A stretch of 54,162 bases of DNA, filler included, from Sphacelaria rigidula (Eukaryota), in NCBI GenBank assembly GCA_964200075.2. It is 5 parts of 5 records of this genome, joined end to end, with 100 filler letters (N's around TTAATTAATTAA, not from the genome) between each part and the next. Parts side by side here need not be neighbours in the genome. Positions count along the whole stretch, not along the records: positions 1 to 10,754 come from CAXNAA020005970.1; 4 more parts are not named here. One strand, given 5' to 3'. The number at the start of each line of letters is the position of its first letter. Position 1 is the first letter of the stretch. The translations under genes and the position numbers were made by a program. The notes below the pieces were generated by a model that was not told the DNA's origin, did no database searches, and saw only the letters and a list, made by a program, of their open reading frames with translations. Below, piece by piece: positions 1-10,854 of the stretch.

Positions 1-151
1 GGTACGCACCTTTCATTTTGGTGTCGCGGATTGGGTCATGACTATCAGCACTCCCGCACCACGTCAGCTCACGTCACACAAACCCAGTCGACTACTTTGT
101 TTACTCACGTTCTCACGCTTTCCACGGTGGAAATCATACATTACGAAGAAA

Positions 152-228
152 ACCCAACGTATCGGGGATCGAACCCCGGTTCTCTCCACCCCAATGGCGA
201 CAGTCGGACTATTACACTACCGGGGCGC
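152..228 (-). mobile_element. tRNA-derived SINE head / tRNA pseudogene
   Basis: Minus strand reads GCCCCGGTAGTGTAATAG (A-box-like) ... CCGGGGTTCGATCCCCG (B-box, T-arm hairpin) at tRNA spacing. The acceptor stem does not pair, so it is not a functional tRNA. Confidence 0.55.
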
Positions 229-662
229 GGCGGCTGCAAAGTTGTAAGTGTCGCTGATTGTTCCAACTGGTACTTGAAACGTTTTCGAAGCCTTTTCCCA
301 CCTGAGATATGTGAACACCTTTTCACTTTGTTCTAGGGTAGGGAGAAAGCATCCTCAGCAGCTTCTAGCTACAAGAGGGCGTCTTCCAATGTGATGTTCT
401 ATATATGCATGGTGTGTTTCCAGCCTTGAGTTTTTCTGTCCTTCTACCGCAGGTCTGAATTCAACGGCGGAATGCGAGGAGAAATAGTTTTTTTTTTTTT
501 TCAGATTGCGGATCATTTAGTGTGCAGTACATTGCCCCTTTGGGGTTTAGAGTAGTTGATATCGATGTTTCTCCCTCCTCTTCTTTTGCCAGAATATTCC
601 GTGACCCTCTGTTGTTGTTGGTTGTGCTTTGCGCTCACTTCGTTTTTTTCTTTGTCCGCAGA

Positions 663-717
663 ATGGCCAGGTCGAAAACGAGCAAAATGACGAGGAGCCG
701 GTTGGCCGAGGTTGCAG
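663..717 (+). CDS. exon 1 of PHD/AT-hook gene (MARSKTSKMTRSRLAEVA)
   Basis: ATG just after a pyrimidine-rich acceptor (ttttctttgtccgcag); donor G|gtatat in phase 1 matches the acceptor at 1120. Confidence 0.6.
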
Positions 718-3700
718 GTATATATCTTGAAGTTTGTCTCGAAAAAAAGTGAGTTATCGAGAGGAAATTTAACGGGTCCCACGAGCCTCGACCGGGAGAA
801 AGTTGAAGTCAGGATCGCATACCCCCTCGCTTCGAGCGGGTCAGATGAATGGTGGCAACGATATTTTTCGTCTCTTGCAAAATTGCTAGAAGCAGCGGTT
901 TTCCTAGAATCGGGTCATGTGCTAGTTCACGTGTGTATTGACATACACGGCCTCAGGATGACGGAGCTACCTTGCAACCAACGCCTTCAATATGGTTCAA
1001 TATAGTCCACATGGTCTGTTTGCGATGCGAATTATTCATTATTGCCGTCCGGTGCGAAGATAGGGAATATGGTGGAGATGGTACATATAGTAAGATGGTC
1101 GTGCGAGACTCTTTCCTTAGACGTGAAAAGCCTGGGCAGAAAGCACACGCATTCATCTACACCAATGCGCGCGTGCACTTGCGACATGTGTCGTCCACCC
1201 AGGAAAAAACGGAAGCGTACGCTCAGCGGTGACGAAATTTATTTGGGAGGGGACACACCTGCCAGTGCCCCTTCCCCTTCACGGCGCGCAGTAGCCGCGG
1301 CGGAAGCGGCAGCATCGGCAGCGGCAGTGGCTGTGACGGCTGCTGAAGATAGGGTGGTGTCGCCCCCAACCGCGGGCACGACGCCAGGAGGGGGCAGCAA
1401 CTTGCGAGGATGGTGCAAGGCGGTGGTGAGCTGTGAGCATCCGGACCGGCCTCACTACGGCAAGGGATATTGTCGGCAGTGCTACATGGTAAGGTTGCGC
1501 TCGGATCCTTGCGGGACGCAGGAAGTACCTGCTAGTGTCTGACTTCCTCATTTTTTTTTCTTGAGCTTGTTTTCACCGATGTATGTACAGTACTTCACGA
1601 ACCCATTCACTCGTTCACTTTTCCAATAATAGCAATGTAGTGATGTATTGTTTTTGCCGCCCGTGTGACCAGGGCCGTCCTCTGAAGTGGTAGTTGCAAG
1701 TTTTTTGTACGGCGCGGTACGGTGCTTGATTTTTCATGTTGTGGACTATGCGTGGATGAAGTCAGGGAGGACAGAAACAAGTAAAAATTAAGCAAATCAC
1801 TAATACCTGTATGAACCCTGTGGGTACCAATGGGTGCTGAGCCATGTACACAGAGGACGAGCAAAGCCTTTTGCTTGTGATAGACAGTAGTCTATGACAT
1901 CCTCGCTGGTGCTGGCGTCCTTGAAACTGGCTATCTTGGCACCGATTCCCGTCTATAAATGCGATAGGCTCGAAGTTGTGGTTATATGCTTGTTTTTTGT
2001 AATAATTTTTTGCCCAGTGGATCCAGATTGTGATTATAATAGTACCAGATCCAAGTAATTAGGCGGAAACCCACTATTGTTTTGAAGCCAACGTCCCTTA
2101 TGTCATACGCAACACAAGGATACGTACGTATTGGGCGTTTTTATTTTTAGAAACGGGGCTCTTGACCTGTCGTTCATTATTGATTTACCAGCGCGTTCAA
2201 GTTCTTAGGAGCTGCTGGTCGAATCCAAAGTGTACGGCAGAATCAAGCATGCGTACTTTCGCTCGACAAGATATTGCTGAGATGAGGAGCCAGGTGTTTT
2301 TGCAGGGTCGAGGAGGTCGTGATTCACATCGATGAACCTGACGCACGGGTCTTGAACGAGATGGGCGCCGTGGAGTGCCTTGATTGGCACCTCGAGATCA
2401 CGGGTTAAAGTCCTGCCCAATCAATCATTTGGCCGGGGTGTCGGGTAATTTTTTTGTTATTGTGACGAGCAGGTCGATTAGTCGCGCAAAAGCGTGGCGT
2501 GTCGCATCGTTTGATAGTCGCACCAGACACACCATCAAACATGGCATGTCTCGATGTGATCCTTTAGGCATGAGATTTTGGTGGCGCTACAGCATCATCC
2601 AATGAAATCGGCGAAGTGGTGAAAATGTCAACTTTTCGCGTTTTGTCCGCGAAAAAGAATTCCTCCCTTCTTCCGTCAATATTACCTTGTGGCCTGTGAT
2701 CGCAACCATAGTACAAAACTACCGAGCACAATATTATGAGATGGGCGTAGAATCGATAGAGAATCGGGGGTTGCAACTCAAAACACATGGAATACCGTCG
2801 CGGACGGGATATACTAACAACCTCCATCCATGTACGTATCTATCCTCGAAATGCATTCCTGTCCTGCATAAGCCGTGGAGTGTCGTCAGCATCCAATATC
2901 TGTTTGTTAAGGCCACTTCTTATAATTGAAAGAAAACACCATAGAAAAGCCGTTTTTCAACAACACGTTTTCCAACATAATTTTTTGAAGCAGCCCTTCT
3001 TGTGTGATCGACGCTACCGAAATCAGGAAAGCAGTTTTCATCGTCTTCTACAAGGCGTGTGGGCATAATTGTAAATCCTGGGGCGTGCGAGAGAGACACG
3101 GCACTCTGCTGTTGTGTCGTGGTGTACAGTCCGTAATGTCTTTCTGTACTACTGTGATATATTGACTGGCAATACATGGTGCGCTGCATGACGCGTGACG
3201 AATAATAAGAACACCGGCTTGCTGTACTAGCTGACTGTAGAACTGACGGTCGTGCTTTTTCGCTGCACGGTAGTACTTGACTAAATGGATAGCACTGACA
3301 ACAGTACAGACAGTGCTGTATTGTATGCATTAGCTGCAGTACAACAGTAATAACACTGCGCATAGTCTTGCGTGTACAGTCAGTACGGTCCTGTCTCCAC
3401 AAGGCTTGGGTGGGCAGTCTGTATTGCATTGCGACTGTTGTTGGCAACACGCTGCGTGCACAGACCTGGAGTGCGCTAAAATACTGTGCGGAATGGATAA
3501 AGATTGTCTGTACAGTACTCGTCATCGACCCTGCCCTGTGCTGTTCTGATGGGGTAAAGGATCAACATGCTACTGGCGGGCGAAGACGATGAAGCAACAC
3601 GCTGACTGCCCGCGAGCACCACCACCAGCAGCAGTGATGGCAGCCAAGTTACCATGGGTGCTATTGTGGGCTGAAGGGTGTGGTTGAGGGTGGCGGGATT

Positions 3701-6700
3701 TCGGACGCTTTTTCATCATCATTTTTCGATCGCTCAACATTTTCAGCATCTTTTAAATAAAAGCGTTTTCTGATCACGTAAGAGGTGGCCTAAGTAATAC
3801 GCAGGCCGATGGCGTTTTCTATTTGCCTAGACCCGTCGCCGCATGCCCTGGAGAAGAACACGAAAATCTGAACTGAAAATAGTATCATACCTTGAAGTGA
3901 AAATGAAGGTGTTTCGAGCTCAAACGCTGTGTCACAGACATCGTACCATGTACGGCGTCGAACGAAGCTTTGAGCCAAATGTCGTAAACATTCTGTTGCA
4001 AATCAAAATGGTGGATAAGCAGTATAGTACCAGTGAATTGCGTTACTATTTGCTGCGCTTTTTGGAAAGTCACTCAGTGCGTGTCCAAGTCGAAAGCATT
4101 AACAGCGATGGCGCCGATGGCGTTGTGCTTTTGCGCTTGTGTTTTTTATCGTGTATTGGCACGTTTCGTGTGCGTGCTGCAAACCTATTCAGAGGGAGTA
4201 TCACAAGATGAAGCGCGTCGGAGAAGGCGTGGCGGAAAAACCGCAACCCTTGACTCTGACTCCCAGTCAGAAACCTAGGAGACCCTTTCCCGCAAGAAGC
4301 ACGAAAGCGGCGACGGCAGCGGCAGCAGAAGCTCCGGTAAAACGAGAGGTGGAAACGTCAGGCAAGACGGCGGGGGGGTTGGCAACGACTTCAGAAAAGC
4401 AAGAATTGGAAACGTCAGGCAAAACATCGGGGGGGTTGGCATCGGCACCGGGCCGTACTGAGGACGAAGTTGGGTCAACGGGTAAGGAGACATCGTGTGT
4501 ACCGGGTCCTCCGTCGATGCCCACTCCGTTGTGCTGTGAATGTGGGCAGACGGAGCGATCTTGGGCTGCTGTGCTTATTTGTGACGGGTAAGTGGCGGAC
4601 GATGAATGCGTTGCTGCGGCGGGTAGCCTCGTTCCTTTTTCTCTGTAGTTATCTTGCCGAGATCATGGGGTAGAACGAATCGTGCTTGAGCCGTTTTTGA
4701 GGCTTTCGCAATAATGAATTTGCGAATGGATCATGAAGCTCCATGCATCGCAAAAACCATACTATGATAACATTGACTCCCCCGCCTCCTCCTCCGTACG
4801 ACGGTAACTTGGACCGTGGAATGTCCTTATTTGGGATTGAGCTTTTTTTTCTCATGCCCACGTACCTGCAGGTGTGAAGCAACTTATCACCTCGGGTGCG
4901 CGGGTCTGGCCGACCAGCCGGTGGGTGAGTGGTTCTGCACCTCGTGCACGGCGGTTCTCTTGGACAGCGATAGCGACGGCGACGGTGACGAAGGCCACAG
5001 CAGCTTCAACGAAAAAACGAACATACCGTCAACAGCTTGCGTGATAAAAAGCACCACAACAAAGGCAGATCCACCACAAAATGCGGCGGAGGCGATGGGA
5101 CAGGACGGGGGGAAAGGAGGCGTCGAGAAAGAGGCTGTGGTTGCCGCGGAGGTAGTTGACGCATCATCACAACCCGACTCTCCCGAACCAACGGCAACAT
5201 CTAGCGGCCAAGCGTTCGTGTCAGCGATGGAAGTAGAGGACAGTGAAAGCAACATGGTGCTTAGTACAGCGGAAGCGGAACAACAAACAAGCAAGGATGC
5301 CCTTCAATCTCAAACACGCTATGGAGATGAAGGCGAAGAAAGGCCCGAGCTTACATTTTTCGAATCAAAATATCATGAACGAAGTACCAGCGAAGGAGCA
5401 GAGGTGAATGAGATCGAGGAGGTTGTGGAGGGTGATGATGGCACCGCTGACGCCGCCGCCGCCGCCGCCGCCACCGGGGTGGACAACGGGGGACACAATA
5501 ATTCGACATCGGGATGTTCCACAAGGAGACAAGCTGTTTCCGCTTCGACTGTGTCACAAGTGGGGGCTGTAGCCGGAGCCATAGGCACGCGGTCTTCCTC
5601 GTCCTCTTCTGGTGGCAACAGTAACATCAACAACGGTAAGAGGGTCCGTAAGCGTGGTGCACAAGGTGTACTGGCAGCGGCGGAGACAAAGTGGACTCTT
5701 ACGGGGGATGTCCGCGGTTGCCGTTGCCCTGACTGCGTTTCCATATTACTGCAATGCGGCGGCACCCGCCCGCCAGAGTCCAAGGCGGTGCTCCTTCCGA
5801 TCGATCCACGTTTTGAGGCGCCTGACGATGGTGCTGGCGGTGGCGGCAGTGGGGGCGGTGACCTTGACGGTGGTGGTGGTGGTGGTGGTGGTGGTTTCGG
5901 GAACGATGCTGGAAAGCGTCCCCGGGTAGGCAGACCACCCGGCCGACCCCGCAAGGACGGCTCAAGTACGATCAAAAGAAGCGGAGGGTATGGCGGAGGT
6001 ACATGCGAGACTAGGCTTCATACCTCGTACGACGGGTTCACCAGAGGCCAGACCTCGAGAAATAACACCGAGCCCGCCTCTGTACCGAAACGCCCTCGAG
6101 GCCGTCCAAAAGGGTCAAAGAACAAAGTCCCGAGACCTGTTGGTGGGCTGGACAGCGTGGGTGGTGGGCAGCGTGGCAGCGTGGGCGAACGGAGTCGCGA
6201 TGGCGACGGAGGAGCCGTGAGCGCGTTTGACCGTTCGGAGGATGGAGACAGCGATCTGGACTCTTCCGGGTGGAGAGGTGGGGCCTCGAGGCTGAGAAGG
6301 AGGGTGGGCCGTGGGCGGCGACAGAGCAGCGTCGAACTTTTCAGCAGCGCGGATGAGGGTAATAGCAGTGGTGTGGATGATGAAGGTGGGTACGTCGGTG
6401 GACGCGGCGTCAGGGGCTATTCGAGCGACGGGAGTTACTCGGCAACAAGTAGCGGGCAGAGTTCCAGCAGTGGGCGACACCGGCACGGGGGCGGTAGTGC
6501 GCCGACCGCAAGGCGCAGGAAGCGCGCGGTGGCTGCTCTGCAGTTGGAAGGCGACGACGAGAGTGGTGCGAAGAGGGCAATGGCTTCAGTTGCCGAGCGG
6601 GCTTTGGCTGAAGCCGTGAAGGCCGAAACGGCAGCAGTTTTTGTGCAATCAGGTTTGGATCCACCCTCCGGACCCGATACACAGCGTACCGTACAGTATT

Positions 6701-8175
6701 CCGCCGGTGCTAAAAGAGCTAGGTCTAGTGGTAGCGGTCGAGCTATCAAAATCACGAAGCGAAGCTTCCCAAATATGTCGCGCAAGGGTAAAGTGACGCA
6801 CTGTCCGCACACCGACCGCGCGGTGTACTCGAGAGGTCAATGCAGACCGTGCTACATGATAGCCTACTGGAACCGCAAGCACGCGGAGCTTGGTTTAGCG
6901 CCCCGCGCTCGGCGGTCCTCGACTTGGGGCAAGAAGAAAAGAGAGAGAGGTCAGGCCCTTGTCAAAAAGCGCACCTTGAACGGACATACTAGCGGCGGCG
7001 CTTCGGCGTCTTCCGACAACATGGGCGGGAACTTGAGCAGTGCGGGGGAACATCAGCCAAGTGCGTCAAATGAGGGTAACCTTTTTCGAAATGCCACCCC
7101 CGCGCCCACCCTCGATGTCCCCCACCTGCCTAATGCCCCAAGTACTCGATCCACTGGTGGGATGTTGACCGCTGCCGCTGCCGCTGTCGCTGCCGCTGCC
7201 GGATGGGCGGTAGAAACGCCGGAAACCCTGTCTGGCGGTAGAACTGAGCTATCGCCGCCTCCCTGCCAACAATCGCGCAACCAGCATGGACAAGTATCAT
7301 CAGGAGCAGGGGGTGGGGTGAGGTCGACGACACCCGTCAGACCGGGAGATGACAACATACGAGAGGGCGCAATGCAACAAGGGCCACAGGGTACTGACGG
7401 TTCCACAGTAACATCACCAGGCTCCGTCTTGTCGGCCTCGGATCCGGGCAGCCCTGGAAGCAATGGGGTGGATTGTGTCAGCCCTGCTGACCACGTGGTG
7501 GTTGTGGAGACGAGACGCGGAGGCTACGGTGTTGTCAGCACGGGAACTGAGGTCCTTGATGGTGGCGCCGGTAAAAGTACCACCGGTGGTGGCAGCCGTT
7601 CGCTGACATCACGATCCCAGCAGATGGAAGCTTCTTCTCAAGAGGAACGAGTGGAAGAGCGGAGTGCAGTTGGAACGATAAGAGTAAGCGTGGCGAAGGT
7701 GAAAGGTTCGGCATCTTCGGCGAGAGTCGAAACAGTCGCATCGGTCGCTACGACGCCTTCCACCTCGTCATCACTGCCGCTTCCGCCGCTGCCCTCGCTG
7801 CCGTCGCCGCTGCTGATCCCGCCCGCGACAATCCCTCATCACGCTGAACGGTCTCCTAGCGTAGGGATGACGACCACCACCGCAACAAGCAAGGATGATG
7901 CTGCATTGGTGGTATCACCCTTGAGCATCGACAGCGTCGAAGATGATGGTACCAGGCGCGGGGAATACCAAGAAGATGGCGAACCCTCGCCGATTTCGAC
8001 AGTGCCTGGGCGGGTTGAGACGATGGCAACGGCGGAAAGTGAGAGTATGGGTTTTCCGGTGTATCGTCATGGCGAATCACCCACAAACTCGAGCGTGCAT
8101 GCCATGGAACCCTCTGCTTCATCTCGCCAGTCGGGAGATGTCAATGCCGCGACGCAGAAGCCCCTCGAAAAATGA
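663..8175 (+). CDS. PHD-finger / AT-hook nuclear protein, ~1373 aa; join(663..717,1121..1488,4193..4587,4872..8175)
   Basis: All three introns are GT-AG with matching phases (1,0,2), total 4122 nt. Splicing rebuilds a PHD finger (CCECG...ICDG|CEATYHLGC...WFCTSC) across intron 3. AT-hooks RPPGRPRK and KRPRGRPKGSKNK; NLS-like RKKRKR. Confidence 0.85.
1121..1488 (+). CDS. exon 2 of PHD/AT-hook gene (CTCDMC, RKKRKR, CEHPDRPHYGKGYCRQCYM)
   Basis: Acceptor ctttccttag|, donor ATG|gtaagg; lies inside ORF 1042..1542. Confidence 0.8.
3105..3545. repeat. CAGTA/TACTG-rich low-complexity tract in intron 2
   Basis: Dense acagta/tactgt words; similar tracts occur at ~37090-37290 and ~53165-53435. Confidence 0.5.
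4193..4587 (+). CDS. exon 3 of PHD/AT-hook gene (N-half of PHD finger)
   Basis: Acceptor cctattcag|AGG, donor GG|gtaagt; contains a 19-aa-period duplication ETSGKTAGGLA/ETSGKTSGGLA. Confidence 0.85.
4872..8175 (+). CDS. exon 4 of PHD/AT-hook gene (C-half of PHD, AT-hooks, second Cys/His motifs, long disordered tail)
   Basis: Acceptor cctgcag|G; 3.3-kb open frame (ORF 4816..8175) ending in TGA. Confidence 0.9.
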
Positions 8176-10754
8176 ATCGTTCATTTTTTGTCACATTCCT
8201 GCCTGTGAAAATGAAGCCATGTAGTAGTAGGACCACCCGCGAGGACGCCCATCGTCAAATCGGCCTCCGAACAGGGAGATACGATCACAGTGTGTGTTTA
8301 CGGGAATTGATGGTGAGCCGGAAGTGGTGTGTAATTAGTAGATGTAGCAATTACTTACGCCTCCTTCTTCCCCCCCCCCACCCCCCCCCCGCCCTCCCCG
8401 ATGTACCGCCATTTTGCACGTGTTGAATTTCTCCTGAATCACCACGATTTTCGTGACAATGATGTTGTGAAACCCAGTCCGAATCGTTCGCTTCGGCCAA
8501 GACATTTTGAACGTTTTTCCTAGCAGTCGCGAGGCAAAGCCCGATTTGTCACCGGCGTAAAATTGAGTTGAGGGAAAGTGGCGGTGAATAGAGATATGCT
8601 GATTGGTGAACGAAAGTCAGTGACGTGCTTTTCTCGGAGGATGGTTGGTGTTTAATCCGTATCTTATGTAGTACAAGGGACGGAAACATAGCTGCGCGTA
8701 TTGTGTCTGTGTACATGATGCACGCGTGGTTTTTGTCCATGGAAAGCCAAGCTGCTTACTGTCAAAATGTAACATGTATGTATTATTGACGAACGCGTAA
8801 CACGCAGCATGTGTAGGGTATGTTGTCGCGCACGTCATTTTTTTTCCTAGGACCTGTGGGGGCGAAAAAACGGGCGGGGGCGGGCTGACTTCACATACCC
8901 TACCATGTATATGTTGGTTTGCTCCCCTCACCATCTAGCCCTTCTTATTATTCTAGCCGATACCCTTACTGTAGAGTGGGTACGAAGGGTACGGACATGG
9001 AAGACCTTTTGTAATGATTGGCTGAGTGTAGCCGAACGAAGGGAGTAAATGGACTATTCGGTCGGTGAACCGCATTATAATGTTTCGCTGGTACGTTCAT
9101 TCTCATTATATCCCAATTCCTGGCCGAATGTTATGTAAACTGGTCATGGTGGCAGACCCTGCCTCCCCTCAGTCGGTTCAAGCACATGGGAATTTCTTTG
9201 TGGTACAAATTGCATAGAAGAAGAGGAGCGGGTCCTGGAGTACATATAAAGCGGGAGACGGTAGGCGCTGCATCTGATCCCGCGATAGCCCCCCCTCCCC
9301 CCCCCCCCCCCCCCGAAAAACGGGGGGGGTTGGGGGGGGAAAAAAAAAAACCGACACAAACAAAAAAAAAAACAAGCACACCGAGCAGCTGGGAAGTCCC
9401 ACGCTTGGGATCGTTTTTGCCTAAAACCAGCCATCATCCGCTGTATGGCCCATTTGTTTGGTGACAGTTTGGGGCTGGTTTCGGGCAGGTTATCGCAGGG
9501 TCACTCCTGATGAGGAGGGATGTGTTTCGCCGATTCATGTTTTCGTGTGACCACGGCAACTATGCTCTCGGAAGAGGTTACTCACAACGCTGAGAACTGT
9601 AAGGTCCGCCTGAAATGCCGGTTCAAATGGCTAACCGGCGGCTTTGAAGAGGATATGTAGGTTGGTCCGCGGAGAGCAACTCTACTATGGGAGGGGAGGG
9701 GGGGCTCAAGACCCGGAAGCGGTTCAGGTCTGCCTCAAATACCGGTCTTGTTTTGGCTAACCGGCGGCTTTTCAGGGGTACGGCAACAATTTCGCCAGGT
9801 TGAGGCTACGGCTTTCGATCGAGTGAGATTTTTCGCCGTTTGTGGAATCGGCATCATTTTCACTCGAAGAGCCACCGCGTGACCCAAAATTGCGAAACCT
9901 GGCGGTCAACGAGCGAAGAGTTAGTCTTTGGATGTAAAGTCCGAATACACGTCGATAACGATTCTGTGGAATGCAACGTGACGCAACGGGTCAATACGCT
10001 ACACTTGCATTCAACGTATTAATCGGAAAAACATTTTTGGGATGCGACCTGTACTTTTGACCTACTCAGCGCACACCAGCGTATGAATGAGAAGAATGTT
10101 TCGATGGTTGATATTGGTGATGCTACGATAGTGATGGCACTTTTTTGTTCTGGGGCCTCCTTGTAGAAGCACAAATGTCTTGGGTTTATTGTGCAGCCAT
10201 AACCCTTTGGGAACCGGACTCCCAGAAGCGTGGTGTTTGCACGCAGGGGATTTTTCGTGAATCGGCATCATTTTCAGTCTTTTTCAAGTAGAAACAATGC
10301 CGATTCACAAAATGATCCCTGTCATAATGTCCTACCGTCGACGCCAATTGTTATAATGGAGGGATTGCTAATGCACTGGCTGAGGTCTCTCAGTACGAGT
10401 ACCAGGAGATGCCATAGGGTCCAGCCAACCCAAGCTCTCACGTGGGCACAACGTACGACCTATAGCTATCCACCAAGAACAATCACCTCGTGGATTCATC
10501 CATGTGCAAACTCTTGATTAGGAACTCACGTGTTTCATAGCGTCATGTTATAGCAACAAGCCTCTCTTACTCAGTATAGCCGGGGCGCAGCCATAGGAGC
10601 AGAGCGTACTGATGGCCCAGGGTAGAGACCAAGGCAAGCCGGTAACTGATTGAGATTGATGCTGCAAGTAATCGCTTCCGCGCTCTCCTTGAAGCGCCCC
10701 GAGCCATTACCATATCTGTTGAGCTCGAGCCTTCTATTTTCCGGCTATGAAATG

Positions 10755-10854
10755 NNNNNNNNNNNNNNNNNNNNNNNNNNNNNNNNNNNNNNNNNNNNTT
10801 AATTAATTAANNNNNNNNNNNNNNNNNNNNNNNNNNNNNNNNNNNNNNNNNNNN
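10755..10854. other. artificial contig linker (N44-TTAATTAATTAA-N44)
   Basis: 100-bp N run with a six-frame stop spacer. Confidence 0.97.

Noticed and set aside
152..228. Functional tRNA gene
   Set aside because: Acceptor and anticodon stems do not pair properly.
2920..3525. 201-aa minus-strand ORF in intron 2
   Set aside because: A product of the CAGTA/TACTG low-complexity tract.
4887..8122. Antisense ORFs within exon 4 of gene 1
   Set aside because: GC-rich shadow ORFs without motifs; the + frame carries the PHD and AT-hooks.
10799..10810. TTAATTAATTAA as a biological motif or piggyBac target
   Set aside because: It sits at the centre of identical N runs four times; it is an artificial six-frame-stop linker.
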